A stretch of 64,000 nt of DNA from a virus. The stretch lies in the IMG/VR virus record IMGVR_UViG_3300023174_000152, positions 1 to 64,000 of that record; one strand, written 5' to 3'. The first letter of the stretch is position 1; each line of letters starts with the position of its first letter. A program made the position numbers and the translations under genes. Below, in pieces: positions 15,871 to 25,062 of the stretch. The notes below the pieces were generated by a model. It was not told where the DNA came from, made no database searches, and saw only the letters and a list, made by a program, of their open reading frames with translations.

Positions 15871-16119
15871 GTGCAAAAAATAGTATTTCATTCATTCTCC
15901 ATGGGCGACGTAGACGATCCTGAACTCTACGCCGCCTTTCCTTTGGGTGAGTTTATGGCAACAGAAAAAGGCCAATGGATAAAATCTCACTGCCTAGATC
16001 CTTGCTACATAATACGTCCAGATCCAGACTCCTATGGAGTTCGATGTATAGTTTATGGATCTGTGGAAGACAAATCAGCAACGGAGTATTATCTAAGATG
16101 GAATCAAGAAAAATCATAG
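15871..16119 (+). CDS. Hypothetical protein (82 aa)
   Basis: GTG start; FSMGDVDDPELYAA...YYLRW. Confidence 0.7.
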   Translation: MQKIVFHSFSMGDVDDPELYAAFPLGEFMATEKGQWIKSHCLDPCYIIRPDPDSYGVRCIVYGSVEDKSATEYYLRWNQEKS

Positions 16120-17075
16120 TAACAGGCGGACTAGGCCTGATTGGACACAATGTAGTTCAGCGGTTAATGGCGCAAGGCCACCAAGTTGCTGTAACAGATA
16201 TCAAAACAAACTACGGTCTAGTTCCGCAGGACGAGCTGGATTATCTAATGTCTGAACGCAGGAAAAAAATACCCGATGCCAGGGTTCATGGCATTGACAT
16301 CGCAGATCAGGATGGTATAGATTGGATGTTTAGAGAATACAAACCCGATACTGTAATACACCTGGCCAGCTTTCCTAGACAAAAAGTAGTCAATGTAAAT
16401 CCTATGATTGGCTCACGTGCTATGAGTGAAGGACTTCTTAATCTACTAGAAGCTTCCAAACGCAATAATGTGTGTAAATTCATATATATTAGTAGCAGTA
16501 TGGTCTATGGAGACTTCACCGATGATGTCACAGAAGATGCTGTTTGCCGTCCACAAGGACAATACGGCATCATGAAACTTGCAGGAGAATGGCTTGTCCG
16601 AGATTATAGTAGGCGTGGTCTTTTTGATCATGTCATTATTCGTCCTTCCGCTGTATACGGAGAATACGATGTTGAAGATCGTGTTGTTTCAAAGTTTCTG
16701 TTGACTGCTATGCGCAACGGTGTGATCAAGGTCAACGGTGCTAACGAAACACTTGACTTCACTTATGTAGAAGATGCCGCTGATGGTATAGTAGCGGCCG
16801 CACTGAGTCATAATACATCAAACAAAACCTACAACATCACCAAAAGTCACAGCCGTACATTGTCGGATGCGGCCAATCTTGCTGTAAAGATTGTAGGCCA
16901 GGGAACCATAGAAGTCAAAGACAAAGATGCAGACTTTCCCAGCCGCGGCGCACTGAACATTGATGCCGCACGTAGAGATTTTGGCTACGATCCCAAGGTA
17001 GATGTAGAAGAAGGCTTCCAAAGGTACTATGAGTGGCTTAACCATTCCGTTTACTGGTCTAAAAAAACAGTATAA
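16098..17075 (+). CDS. NAD-dependent nucleotide-sugar epimerase/dehydratase
   Basis: VTGGLGLIG, VIHLAS, SSSMVYG, YGIMK (YxxxK), RPSAVYG, DFTYVED; ATG 16098. Confidence 0.93.
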   Translation: MESRKIIVTGGLGLIGHNVVQRLMAQGHQVAVTDIKTNYGLVPQDELDYLMSERRKKIPDARVHGIDIADQDGIDWMFREYKPDTVIHLASFPRQKVVNVNPMIGSRAMSEGLLNLLEASKRNNVCKFIYISSSMVYGDFTDDVTEDAVCRPQGQYGIMKLAGEWLVRDYSRRGLFDHVIIRPSAVYGEYDVEDRVVSKFLLTAMRNGVIKVNGANETLDFTYVEDAADGIVAAALSHNTSNKTYNITKSHSRTLSDAANLAVKIVGQGTIEVKDKDADFPSRGALNIDAARRDFGYDPKVDVEEGFQRYYEWLNHSVYWSKKTV

Positions 17076-18123
17076 CAACCTCCGGCAGGAGATCTTAGAC
17101 ACCACTGATGAAGTGTTGCGCAGTGGCCAACTCATGAACGGTAACTTCACTGCCGAGTTTGAAAACTGGTTGGCTAAAAAAAACAAAACCAAGTATGCGA
17201 TCTGTGTTCATTCAGGAACTTCTGCGCTGGAAGCTATTGCTGAATATTGCATAGATGATCCTGGTATGCCCGCTCCTCCTCGGGTGTTGATGCCTAGCCT
17301 AACCTATGCGGCCACGGCCAATGCGTTTATACGAGCCGGGTGGGAAGTACACTTCATTGACACTGACCATCACGGTATATTTGATGTTAAAAAAATACCC
17401 GATATCAGTTACCAAGCTGTAGTTTTAGTTGGACTGTATGGTGCCAGCATAGCTCACATGGGTGATATCAGCACATGGCGCCATTGGTCACATAACAACA
17501 AAATCATCATAGAAGATGCCGCACAACATTGGTTGGCCGCTGACTGTGCAAGGATTGGAAACGCGGCTGCCATTTCATTTGATCCTATGAAAAACTTACC
17601 CGCTTATGGCAACGGTGGTGCAGTGGTCACAAACGATAGAGACATGTTTGATTTTGTACGGGCCTGGAGAGACAACGGTAAAAGCACACACAACGAAACA
17701 GGCACCAATAGTCGTATGAGTGAGTTAGATTGTGCTCACATGTTGGTCAAAACAAAATACATCGATACCTGGCAAACTCGTAGATCCAAGATAGCCGGTT
17801 ACTGGCGCGAACGCTTAAACAAAACAGAAATACGTTGTTTGATAGATCAAGATAACTGCCACGATCATGCCTATCATAAGTTTGTGATCGACGTCAACAA
17901 CAGAGATATCTTACAAAAGAATCTTGCCATACGCAAAATAGAAACAAAAGTACATTATACACAGCCGTTACACGAGCTGGGCACCTTCCGCCAGTATCAA
18001 GGACCAGACATCCTTAGCTGTGCGTCGGCGCTGGCTCGACGTGTGCTGACGTTGCCTTTATATCCTGAGCTAACAGATCTCGAAGTTGAGTATGTTATTG
18101 ATCAGGTTCTCGATTGCGTTTAG
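17029..18123 (+). CDS. DegT/DnrJ/EryC1/StrS PLP-dependent sugar aminotransferase
   Basis: SGTSALE, IIEDAAQ, SFDPMKNL (PLP lysine), GNGGAVVTND, LTLPLYP. Confidence 0.93.
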   Translation: MSGLTIPFTGLKKQYNNLRQEILDTTDEVLRSGQLMNGNFTAEFENWLAKKNKTKYAICVHSGTSALEAIAEYCIDDPGMPAPPRVLMPSLTYAATANAFIRAGWEVHFIDTDHHGIFDVKKIPDISYQAVVLVGLYGASIAHMGDISTWRHWSHNNKIIIEDAAQHWLAADCARIGNAAAISFDPMKNLPAYGNGGAVVTNDRDMFDFVRAWRDNGKSTHNETGTNSRMSELDCAHMLVKTKYIDTWQTRRSKIAGYWRERLNKTEIRCLIDQDNCHDHAYHKFVIDVNNRDILQKNLAIRKIETKVHYTQPLHELGTFRQYQGPDILSCASALARRVLTLPLYPELTDLEVEYVIDQVLDCV

Positions 18124-18616
18124 CCCATCTGGCTAACTGAGAAGCTCGCATTTTTTCTTTAGTCTCTTCGGATCTGGGCTTGCCAGGTTTTCCTTTCTTT
18201 GCTTTGCTTATTTTTTGACCTGTTTCGGCACTGACTATTTTTCCTAAGTTACAATCTCTTAATTTTTGTTTCTGTTCAGCAGACATAGTTTTTCCAAGGT
18301 TAGTTGGTTTGCCCAATCTTGCCTGAGAGATTTTCTTTTTAGTTTCTGTAGAATGTTTGTGACCCATGATTCCGTCGCCACCATCTGTCATATTTCTTAA
18401 GATACCTGTACCAATGTCTTTTCGGCCGTATTGCTGAATGTATTTTGTTTCTAGCCGAAGAGCTAGTTCTTTAGTTAAATTAGATTCTAAGATTAGGATT
18501 TTATCGTTACTAGGAACTCTATGATACTTGTGCTTTTGCCAAGCTCTATTATTTTGTCCTTTACCTATATAGTAAGGAGTTCCGTCGTCTCTTAAGTAAG
18601 CATATACATAATACAT
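18095..18616 (-). CDS. Free-standing GIY-YIG homing endonuclease with NUMOD3-type repeats
   Basis: YYVYAY...PYYIGKG, R..H, E, N.TDGGDG, repeated HS.ETKKKIS-type motifs; ATG 18616. Confidence 0.9.
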   Translation of the reverse strand: MYYVYAYLRDDGTPYYIGKGQNNRAWQKHKYHRVPSNDKILILESNLTKELALRLETKYIQQYGRKDIGTGILRNMTDGGDGIMGHKHSTETKKKISQARLGKPTNLGKTMSAEQKQKLRDCNLGKIVSAETGQKISKAKKGKPGKPRSEETKEKMRASQLARWAKRNREPDQ

Positions 18617-18621
18617 GCTCT

Positions 18622-18627
18622 TATTTA
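18622..18627 (-). promoter_or_regulatory. Putative late promoter TAAATA for the endonuclease
   Basis: TAAATA 5 nt upstream of ATG. Confidence 0.5.
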
Positions 18628-20229
18628 TTATTGATCTGGTGTTAGATTTCTCTTTAAAAGGGCATAACTGGCCAACCATGACCACTCGTAGCTTTTCTTG
18701 AGCTCATCAAAATCGCCATTGACACTTTCATAGTATTCAACAGCATCCTCTGCACCATAGATTGACCATTGCCCGTTGGGCTGGCCTATGGCCACTGTGA
18801 GCCATTTCTTAAGCCTGTGCTGGCTTTCGATATCTGATTGACCGCGCAGTTTGATACATTCGCGGAAGGCTGTGCGCCAGGCTGACCATTTGGTATCAGC
18901 ATACTCCGCTGTGCCTGACAATATCGGTACCACTTCGTGTTCATCATCTAGTGTAAAGTCTAGTCCACGACCAGGGTTGGCCAAAACCAATCGTTTGTTA
19001 TATGCGATCATGGCTTGGTGGCCATATGTCAGAGTATTGATAGGATTAAACGCATGGAAGATATAATGTTTGGCCGCTTGCATGCGATCAGGCTGCCAGG
19101 ACCAATCAAACTTGGAATCAACTCTGAGTTTAGCAAACACAGCAAAGAACCAATCAGTGGTTGATGCTTCAGCCGCGGCATGATATGCGGCCGCACGACC
19201 GTTGACTCTATCGCTACGCACAAGATTGTTGGGTTTCATATACAATGCTTCTTGTAGCGTGGTCCAGTGTCGTTCGGCATTGGGCTCACCGTTTGAGATA
19301 AACACCACATCTAAGGGTTGGTCTTCTCCTAGCGTCTTATAAGTCTTGTCTATGTTGGGATAATCGTAGAGTTGCTTCTTAAGATAGTTCTTGGCTTCTC
19401 TGGGTACTAGCACACTACTGGCTCCCGGAGTAAGAGGTACTATGGTCTTCATCTTCTCTCGCCATAAGTTAATGGCAGGAGGATTTTCTATTGCACCGTG
19501 TCTGACAAACTGTACCACAGGATACTGGAAATCATGTGCCCATACTGCAGGTACTTGGCTGTCTTGTTCGTGCTTGATGACAGGCACCGGTAGTCTAGGA
19601 ACAGATTTATCTTCTATAAAATGTATGGTATCAAACCATTCAAGCAAGGCCAACTCATTGGTCTTGGCAAGAAAAGATTCTACATTCACATAAAACGTAT
19701 CACCAAACTTTTGTTCGTTGCTGGCAAATACATGCAACATGTCTTGTTGCCATTCTGAAGGATGCCAGGTGAAATCAAAACGACTGTAATCACATACACT
19801 ACTCACTATCCAGACATTTTTGTAAGTACATTTGCTGAGTATTCTTCGTAAGGTTCCTAGATAATCTGAGATATATCTTGTTTTTTCTTTGCAAGCGATG
19901 CCAAGACCGTTGCCGTGATCTATGCCAATGCGTGGCACAGTACCGATGCGTGGCACCACTGGATGATTACGATTGATTTCGCTGACACCTGTTTTGGGTA
20001 TCAAGTATGTTCCACCATTTTCTTGGTGCTGGCTGGGCCATACATGAGTCTGATGACTTTCCCAAGGCACAGGTTCCCACAACCAATCGAAGTGAGAATA
20101 GTCATTGAGCCCATCAACTACCCATAAGTATCTTGTGCGACTAAGTTCGCAAGCATGCTCGATGCTGTCGGCCCGGCGTTCGTGAGGCCAACGATAGGTA
20201 GGAGTGGTTAGGTAAAAGACGTCAAACAT
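18628..20229 (-). CDS. Glycosyltransferase-like (GT-A) protein with internal repeats, paralogue of 35179-36108
   Basis: DVVFISNGEP..RVNGRAAAYHAAAEAS..AWRTAFRE aligns by eye with DCIYLSYDEP..RVDGVKGSDAAHKAAADAS..AWRAGFRE. Confidence 0.6.
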   Translation of the reverse strand: MFDVFYLTTPTYRWPHERRADSIEHACELSRTRYLWVVDGLNDYSHFDWLWEPVPWESHQTHVWPSQHQENGGTYLIPKTGVSEINRNHPVVPRIGTVPRIGIDHGNGLGIACKEKTRYISDYLGTLRRILSKCTYKNVWIVSSVCDYSRFDFTWHPSEWQQDMLHVFASNEQKFGDTFYVNVESFLAKTNELALLEWFDTIHFIEDKSVPRLPVPVIKHEQDSQVPAVWAHDFQYPVVQFVRHGAIENPPAINLWREKMKTIVPLTPGASSVLVPREAKNYLKKQLYDYPNIDKTYKTLGEDQPLDVVFISNGEPNAERHWTTLQEALYMKPNNLVRSDRVNGRAAAYHAAAEASTTDWFFAVFAKLRVDSKFDWSWQPDRMQAAKHYIFHAFNPINTLTYGHQAMIAYNKRLVLANPGRGLDFTLDDEHEVVPILSGTAEYADTKWSAWRTAFRECIKLRGQSDIESQHRLKKWLTVAIGQPNGQWSIYGAEDAVEYYESVNGDFDELKKSYEWSWLASYALLKRNLTPDQ

Positions 20230-21277
20230 GATTCGTATCGATGAAATATATTATAACGTATTTGTGTCTGCTTTGCAACACCGACCTCGTGTAGGCTTGC
20301 ATTGGTTTGATCCTTTTGGTTCCACATCATTTGGCGATATATGCAACGTTCCTCGAGTTGACAACATAGCAGAAAAACGACTGGTATTCTGGGATCAAGA
20401 ACCTCTGCACCAAGAACGAGTCAAAGATTTCTTTGATCAGTATATCAAACATTACTGGGGCCCTACCACTATAGTCACTTCTGAATACAATAGCAAGGCA
20501 GTAGACTGGGCATGTGATACTTATGGGCTTGATTGTTCTTACTATTTCTTTCATGCCTGGGCCGCCCTGGATTGGTACAGAGGCTACAATCATACTTTCC
20601 TTTGCAAACCATTCCAAGACAGGCAAATAGAGCGTACATTTTTGTGTCCAAACAATATCATTGGCGGAAAAAGACATCATAGACTGGCATTATTAAACGA
20701 GTTTGTTGATCGGGAACTTATTGACAACAACTTTATCAGTTTTCCTGAACGTTGCCCATATGAAAACAAAACAGTCACAGAGTTATGCCAAGAATACGAT
20801 ATCCCATTGGGACATGTCGAACTGCCATTGATCATTGATCATGGGGCCAATCATGCTGGTAATAGTCATCGTATAGATATGTGGTCGTTGGCTGAAAAAA
20901 GTTTGCTCAATGTAGTAACCGAAACCCTGTATGATGGGCACAGACAACACCTCACTGAAAAAACATTCAAACCCATCGTGATGCAACAGCCATTTGTGTT
21001 GGTATCATGCAAGGGCAGTCTTGAATACCTCAGACGCTATGGATTCAAAACCTTTGGTGAATTCTGGAATGAAGACTACGATGACAAAGACGATGACTTC
21101 CGTATCATTCGCATTGGGAAACTACTAGCCGACATTGATGCATTGAGTATCAAAGAAAAACAACAACTACAGCAACACATGACACCGATAGTTGAACATA
21201 ACTTCAACTGGTTCTATTCCAAAGAGTTTGAAAACTTGTTATGGCACGAACTAACTGATATGATCAAGCAATGGTAA
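20228..21277 (+). CDS. Putative glycosyltransferase, TEKTxKP family (GT-B / GT10-like)
   Basis: VVTET..LTEKTFKPI..PF..GFKTF..EDYD. Confidence 0.6.
   Translation: MIRIDEIYYNVFVSALQHRPRVGLHWFDPFGSTSFGDICNVPRVDNIAEKRLVFWDQEPLHQERVKDFFDQYIKHYWGPTTIVTSEYNSKAVDWACDTYGLDCSYYFFHAWAALDWYRGYNHTFLCKPFQDRQIERTFLCPNNIIGGKRHHRLALLNEFVDRELIDNNFISFPERCPYENKTVTELCQEYDIPLGHVELPLIIDHGANHAGNSHRIDMWSLAEKSLLNVVTETLYDGHRQHLTEKTFKPIVMQQPFVLVSCKGSLEYLRRYGFKTFGEFWNEDYDDKDDDFRIIRIGKLLADIDALSIKEKQQLQQHMTPIVEHNFNWFYSKEFENLLWHELTDMIKQW
20250..20278 (-). promoter_or_regulatory. sigma70-type promoter embedded in the opposite-strand CDS
   Basis: Minus strand TTGCAA-17 nt-TATAAT ending 20 nt before ATG 20229. Confidence 0.6.
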
Positions 21278-22455
21278 CTTTTTGTGTTGACCGTACGGTA
21301 GATGGTCGCCCGTATCCAAATCTAGCTCAGTGGGAGGCTCGCCCTTACACTCCAGAATGGTGGCAGTTCAGTAGGCAATGGCCTTACAGCGAGCCTGTGC
21401 ATTTTTTTGACTATCTTGATCGACACAATGTTGAATATAAAATAGTTGAGTGGACACAAGCAACCAAGCACACCTTGTACCCCATCAGCCTGAGTTATTT
21501 TGATTTCAGTATAAACTGGTTTGAGCTGTTGCCAGTTTTTATTAGAGAAAAGCTCAGAACTAAAAGTTTGACCTTGTGGTTTTTCTACAGTGAAGGTGAC
21601 AACCCACAACGCATACAGGAACATTTACTGGCACAGTTTGCTAATCAAGACATTGATCTTGATCGCATTAAGTTTACCAGTGCAAATAGTTCTGCAGAAT
21701 CTATCAAAAATTTTTCTCACTTTGTTGATGATGAGTGTTTGTATCAACTACGTAATAAAGAATCTCCTATACCGTTTGACCATCAAACGATCCGTAGAAA
21801 AAAATACACAGCATTAGTTAGGACTCACAAATGGTGGCGTGCCACTACCATGGCCAGACTGTGGCGGCAAGGTCTTCACCAGCAAGGGTATTTTTCTTAC
21901 AACACACAAGAGCTTATCAATGACGACGAGCACCTTGACAATCCCATTGAAGTTGATCTATTTGATGGTTTACGTGCTGATACTCATAGATTCCTGGCCA
22001 GCGGTCCATTCCATGCTGATGAGCTAGATTCAGCCACGCACAATCTTTATGCTACTACAGTACATCAACATTTCAATGACAGTTATTTGAACGTGATCTT
22101 GGAAACTCATTTAGATGCTGATCAAAGCGGTGGAACTTTTCTAACTGAAAAAACTTTCAAACCTATCAAGAACTGTCAACCGTTTGTGCTGGTGGCACCA
22201 GCAGGCAGTATCGCACAACTGCAACAGCTGGGCTACCGTACATTTGATCACGTGATCAACCATGCTTACGATCGAGAAATGGATAACACCAAAAGATGGA
22301 ACATGGCCTGTACCGAAATAGAAAGATTAATAACCAACGTTGATCTGCATCAGCTCTATATTGATTGCAAGCAAGACCTACTACACAATCAAGCATTATT
22401 TTTAAGTGACAAGAAGGATCGTTTAAATAGTTTGATCGCAAAGCTCACACAATGA
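21271..22455 (+). CDS. Putative glycosyltransferase, TEKTxKP family
   Basis: VILET..LTEKTFKPI..PF..GYRTF..AYD. Confidence 0.6.
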   Translation: MVTFCVDRTVDGRPYPNLAQWEARPYTPEWWQFSRQWPYSEPVHFFDYLDRHNVEYKIVEWTQATKHTLYPISLSYFDFSINWFELLPVFIREKLRTKSLTLWFFYSEGDNPQRIQEHLLAQFANQDIDLDRIKFTSANSSAESIKNFSHFVDDECLYQLRNKESPIPFDHQTIRRKKYTALVRTHKWWRATTMARLWRQGLHQQGYFSYNTQELINDDEHLDNPIEVDLFDGLRADTHRFLASGPFHADELDSATHNLYATTVHQHFNDSYLNVILETHLDADQSGGTFLTEKTFKPIKNCQPFVLVAPAGSIAQLQQLGYRTFDHVINHAYDREMDNTKRWNMACTEIERLITNVDLHQLYIDCKQDLLHNQALFLSDKKDRLNSLIAKLTQ

Positions 22456-23480
22456 CAAATATCGTAAACAGTTATACCAGTTGGCAACCTCTTGAAGAGG
22501 TCATAGTAGGTCGCGCCTACGACCCGGATTACTTTGATTTCATCGATGACTCCCAAGTCAGGAATCAGCTACAACAGATTCTAGCAGAAACTGCTGAAGA
22601 TTTAAACAATCTTCAACGCACCATAGAAAGTTATGGTGCTACAGTTTTGAGGCCCGAGTTACCCAATCGAGATCAGTTCCAAACTTGGCAAACGTCTGGA
22701 GAAGGTGCTCCTCTCCCACCTCTTACACCAAGAGATTGGCAAATCACGCTGGGTCAAAAACTTCTGCGTGTCCTGCCTGTTGTAGAACTCGATGACATCT
22801 GTGCTCGCTATGGCGATCAAGTCATAGACCCGCACGGTGGTAAATGGGATCCCGACTGCATACTAAATGGTGCATCAGCTTCGTGTATTGTGCGTGTGGG
22901 TCGTGATGTGTTTTTTGACAACTCAGACTTTTTAAAACCCGAACAAACACGTTGGATCATAGACAATGTACTGGGTCCAGAGTATCGAGTACACGAAGCC
23001 ATCACCGACGGACATGGAGATGCTGTGTTTGCAATTCTAAAGCCTGGTGTCATCTTATCAAGTAAACATGATGTTAACTTAGATCTTGCCGGAGACTTTC
23101 CTGGATGGGATGTATGCAAGATATGGGACAGCTCGATCTGGGCCGCTATGGAAGTTGGCAAGTTCAAAGAAGAAAACTTCAACGGTGCTTGGTATGTGCA
23201 AGGGCAGACCCCCACTGAACAGTTTACTAAGTTTGTAGATACCTATCTAAAGAGTTGGACTGGATTTGTCAGCGAAACCGTTTTTGATGTCAACTGTCTT
23301 GTGTTAGATGAAAGTCATGTAATCTTTAGTGCTTATAACAAAGAAGTGTTTGACTTTTGTAAACGACATCGGATTGAACCTATTATCTCTGAATTGCGTC
23401 ACAGTTATTTCTGGGATGGCGGTGTTAGTTGTTGCACACAAGACATACGTCGACGTGGCGGTCTAGAGACTTACCTCTAA
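22452..23480 (+). CDS. Amidinotransferase (glycine/inosamine-phosphate amidinotransferase-like)
   Basis: VNSYTSWQPLEEVIVGR, PRD, GHGD, DVNCL, GGVSCCTQDIRRRG (Asp/His/Cys catalytic positions). Confidence 0.88.
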   Translation: MTNIVNSYTSWQPLEEVIVGRAYDPDYFDFIDDSQVRNQLQQILAETAEDLNNLQRTIESYGATVLRPELPNRDQFQTWQTSGEGAPLPPLTPRDWQITLGQKLLRVLPVVELDDICARYGDQVIDPHGGKWDPDCILNGASASCIVRVGRDVFFDNSDFLKPEQTRWIIDNVLGPEYRVHEAITDGHGDAVFAILKPGVILSSKHDVNLDLAGDFPGWDVCKIWDSSIWAAMEVGKFKEENFNGAWYVQGQTPTEQFTKFVDTYLKSWTGFVSETVFDVNCLVLDESHVIFSAYNKEVFDFCKRHRIEPIISELRHSYFWDGGVSCCTQDIRRRGGLETYL

Positions 23481-24964
23481 CTACAGACTTTTACTCCATA
23501 CTGCTGTTCAAATCTGTCAGCATCTGCACGATCATTGACCATGGGCTCACCACGTATGTTGAGACTGGTGTTGAGTAGCATAGGACAACCTGTTTCCACA
23601 TACCAACGTTCTAGTAGTTGGCGGATACCAGACCCACAATCTTTGCTCACAGTTTGAACACGGCTGGTCTTATCTACGTGTATGATGGCAGGAAAGTGAT
23701 CTGGATGGCGACAACGTGCCACTACTTGCATGTACGGACTATTGGTATATCCTTTGGGCATTTCAAAATAGTCGTTGACACATTCTTCCAATATCACAGG
23801 TGCGAACGGTCTGAACTGTTGTCTGCGTTTGATTTCATTGACTCGTTCCTTGATCGTGCTGCCTCTAGGGTCCGCAAGGAGGCTACGGTTTCCAAGTGCG
23901 CGGGGGCCGAACTCGGCTCGTCCTGATGCAACCCCCACAATCTGTTCAGCAAGTAGCCTAGCCACAAGCTCATCAACGGGATAAGGCCCAGGAATATCAT
24001 GCCCCAGATAAGCACTTCTCCAGTTAACTCTATGTCCATGAGCCAAAGCGGCAGCACCAAGGCTGCTACCAGCATCACCAGGATTAGGCATAATCCAAAT
24101 ATTTTCATAAATCTCTCCCAGGTTTCTATTGGCCAAACAGTTTAATGCGACTCCGCCCATGTACACAAGATTGGTTTCGTTTGTTAGTTCCCAGGCTTTT
24201 TTCATCACACTCATTATGAGGTCTTCGGCAACTAACTGTGCGGCGCAGGCAATGTCTTCGTTGGTAGCAGATTCTAAAAAAGTTTTATCGACTCCTACAT
24301 GGAAGTTTTCTGTCAATGTTATGTTATGATAGTCCTTGACCACTTGATTACTTAAACTTTGATACCAACTATCTTTGCCCCAAGCGGCCATGCCCATGGT
24401 GATGTATTCTTCGTCCATGGGTCTAAGACCCACACGATCTGTCATGGCACTATAAAATAATCCAATGCTGTGTGGGTAACCCTGGCGCCATACTCTCCGA
24501 TACTGTGCTCGTCCTTGACTATCATACCAAGCACGATAGATACTGATAGTGTCTAACTCACCTATAGCGTCGATCACGACAACCACTGCACGTTCAAATG
24601 GACTGGTTTGGAATCCAGCGGCCGCATGACTTAGATGATGATTGGCGCTGACTTCCCGCCGAGCAGGTGTTTGATACCAGGATCCTAGATGTTTTTTTAA
24701 AGCACCATGTGTGGTCCAAGGTCCAAAGTTGCGTTGTCCAGAAAATATTTGCTGTATGTTGTGCATCCAAGGGCGTTCATAGAAGGCCACTGTGTCGTAC
24801 TCCCACTCACACAGTTCCTTGAGTAGGTCAGGTGCGATGTCAGCATCATTTTTCTTTTTACTGTAGCGTTCTGAGTGGCCGGCAAAGACTATTTCACCAT
24901 CTGATCTGATGACTGTGGCTGCCGCATCATGGAACCCTGCACTAATGCCAAGTATATGTTTCAT
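23477..24964 (-). CDS. Carbamoyltransferase, NodU/CmcH/TobZ family
   Basis: FHDAAA, HHLSHA, GGVALNC, GDAG, EFGPRALGNRS, FRPFAP, LLNTSLN. Confidence 0.96.
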   Translation of the reverse strand: MKHILGISAGFHDAAATVIRSDGEIVFAGHSERYSKKKNDADIAPDLLKELCEWEYDTVAFYERPWMHNIQQIFSGQRNFGPWTTHGALKKHLGSWYQTPARREVSANHHLSHAAAGFQTSPFERAVVVVIDAIGELDTISIYRAWYDSQGRAQYRRVWRQGYPHSIGLFYSAMTDRVGLRPMDEEYITMGMAAWGKDSWYQSLSNQVVKDYHNITLTENFHVGVDKTFLESATNEDIACAAQLVAEDLIMSVMKKAWELTNETNLVYMGGVALNCLANRNLGEIYENIWIMPNPGDAGSSLGAAALAHGHRVNWRSAYLGHDIPGPYPVDELVARLLAEQIVGVASGRAEFGPRALGNRSLLADPRGSTIKERVNEIKRRQQFRPFAPVILEECVNDYFEMPKGYTNSPYMQVVARCRHPDHFPAIIHVDKTSRVQTVSKDCGSGIRQLLERWYVETGCPMLLNTSLNIRGEPMVNDRADADRFEQQYGVKVCS

Positions 24965-25062
24965 TTATAGATAAATGGATCTCTTTTGCGTAGCTCTTTG
25001 AGTTTTTTGCGATAACGTATTTCTAGTTTGATCCTGTTGATCAAGTTGCGTAACCATTTCAT
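24961..25062 (-). CDS. 33-aa basic peptide ending RKRDPFIYK, coupled to the carbamoyltransferase
   Basis: AGGAGG RBS; ATGA overlaps at both ends; MKWLRNLINRIKLEIRYRKKLKELRKRDPFIYK. Confidence 0.75.
   Translation of the reverse strand: MKWLRNLINRIKLEIRYRKKLKELRKRDPFIYK

Noticed and set aside
24961-25062. RiPP precursor for the radical SAM enzymes
   Set aside because: No leader/core layout and no RRE, protease or exporter nearby; the context is sugar enzymes. Not strictly excluded
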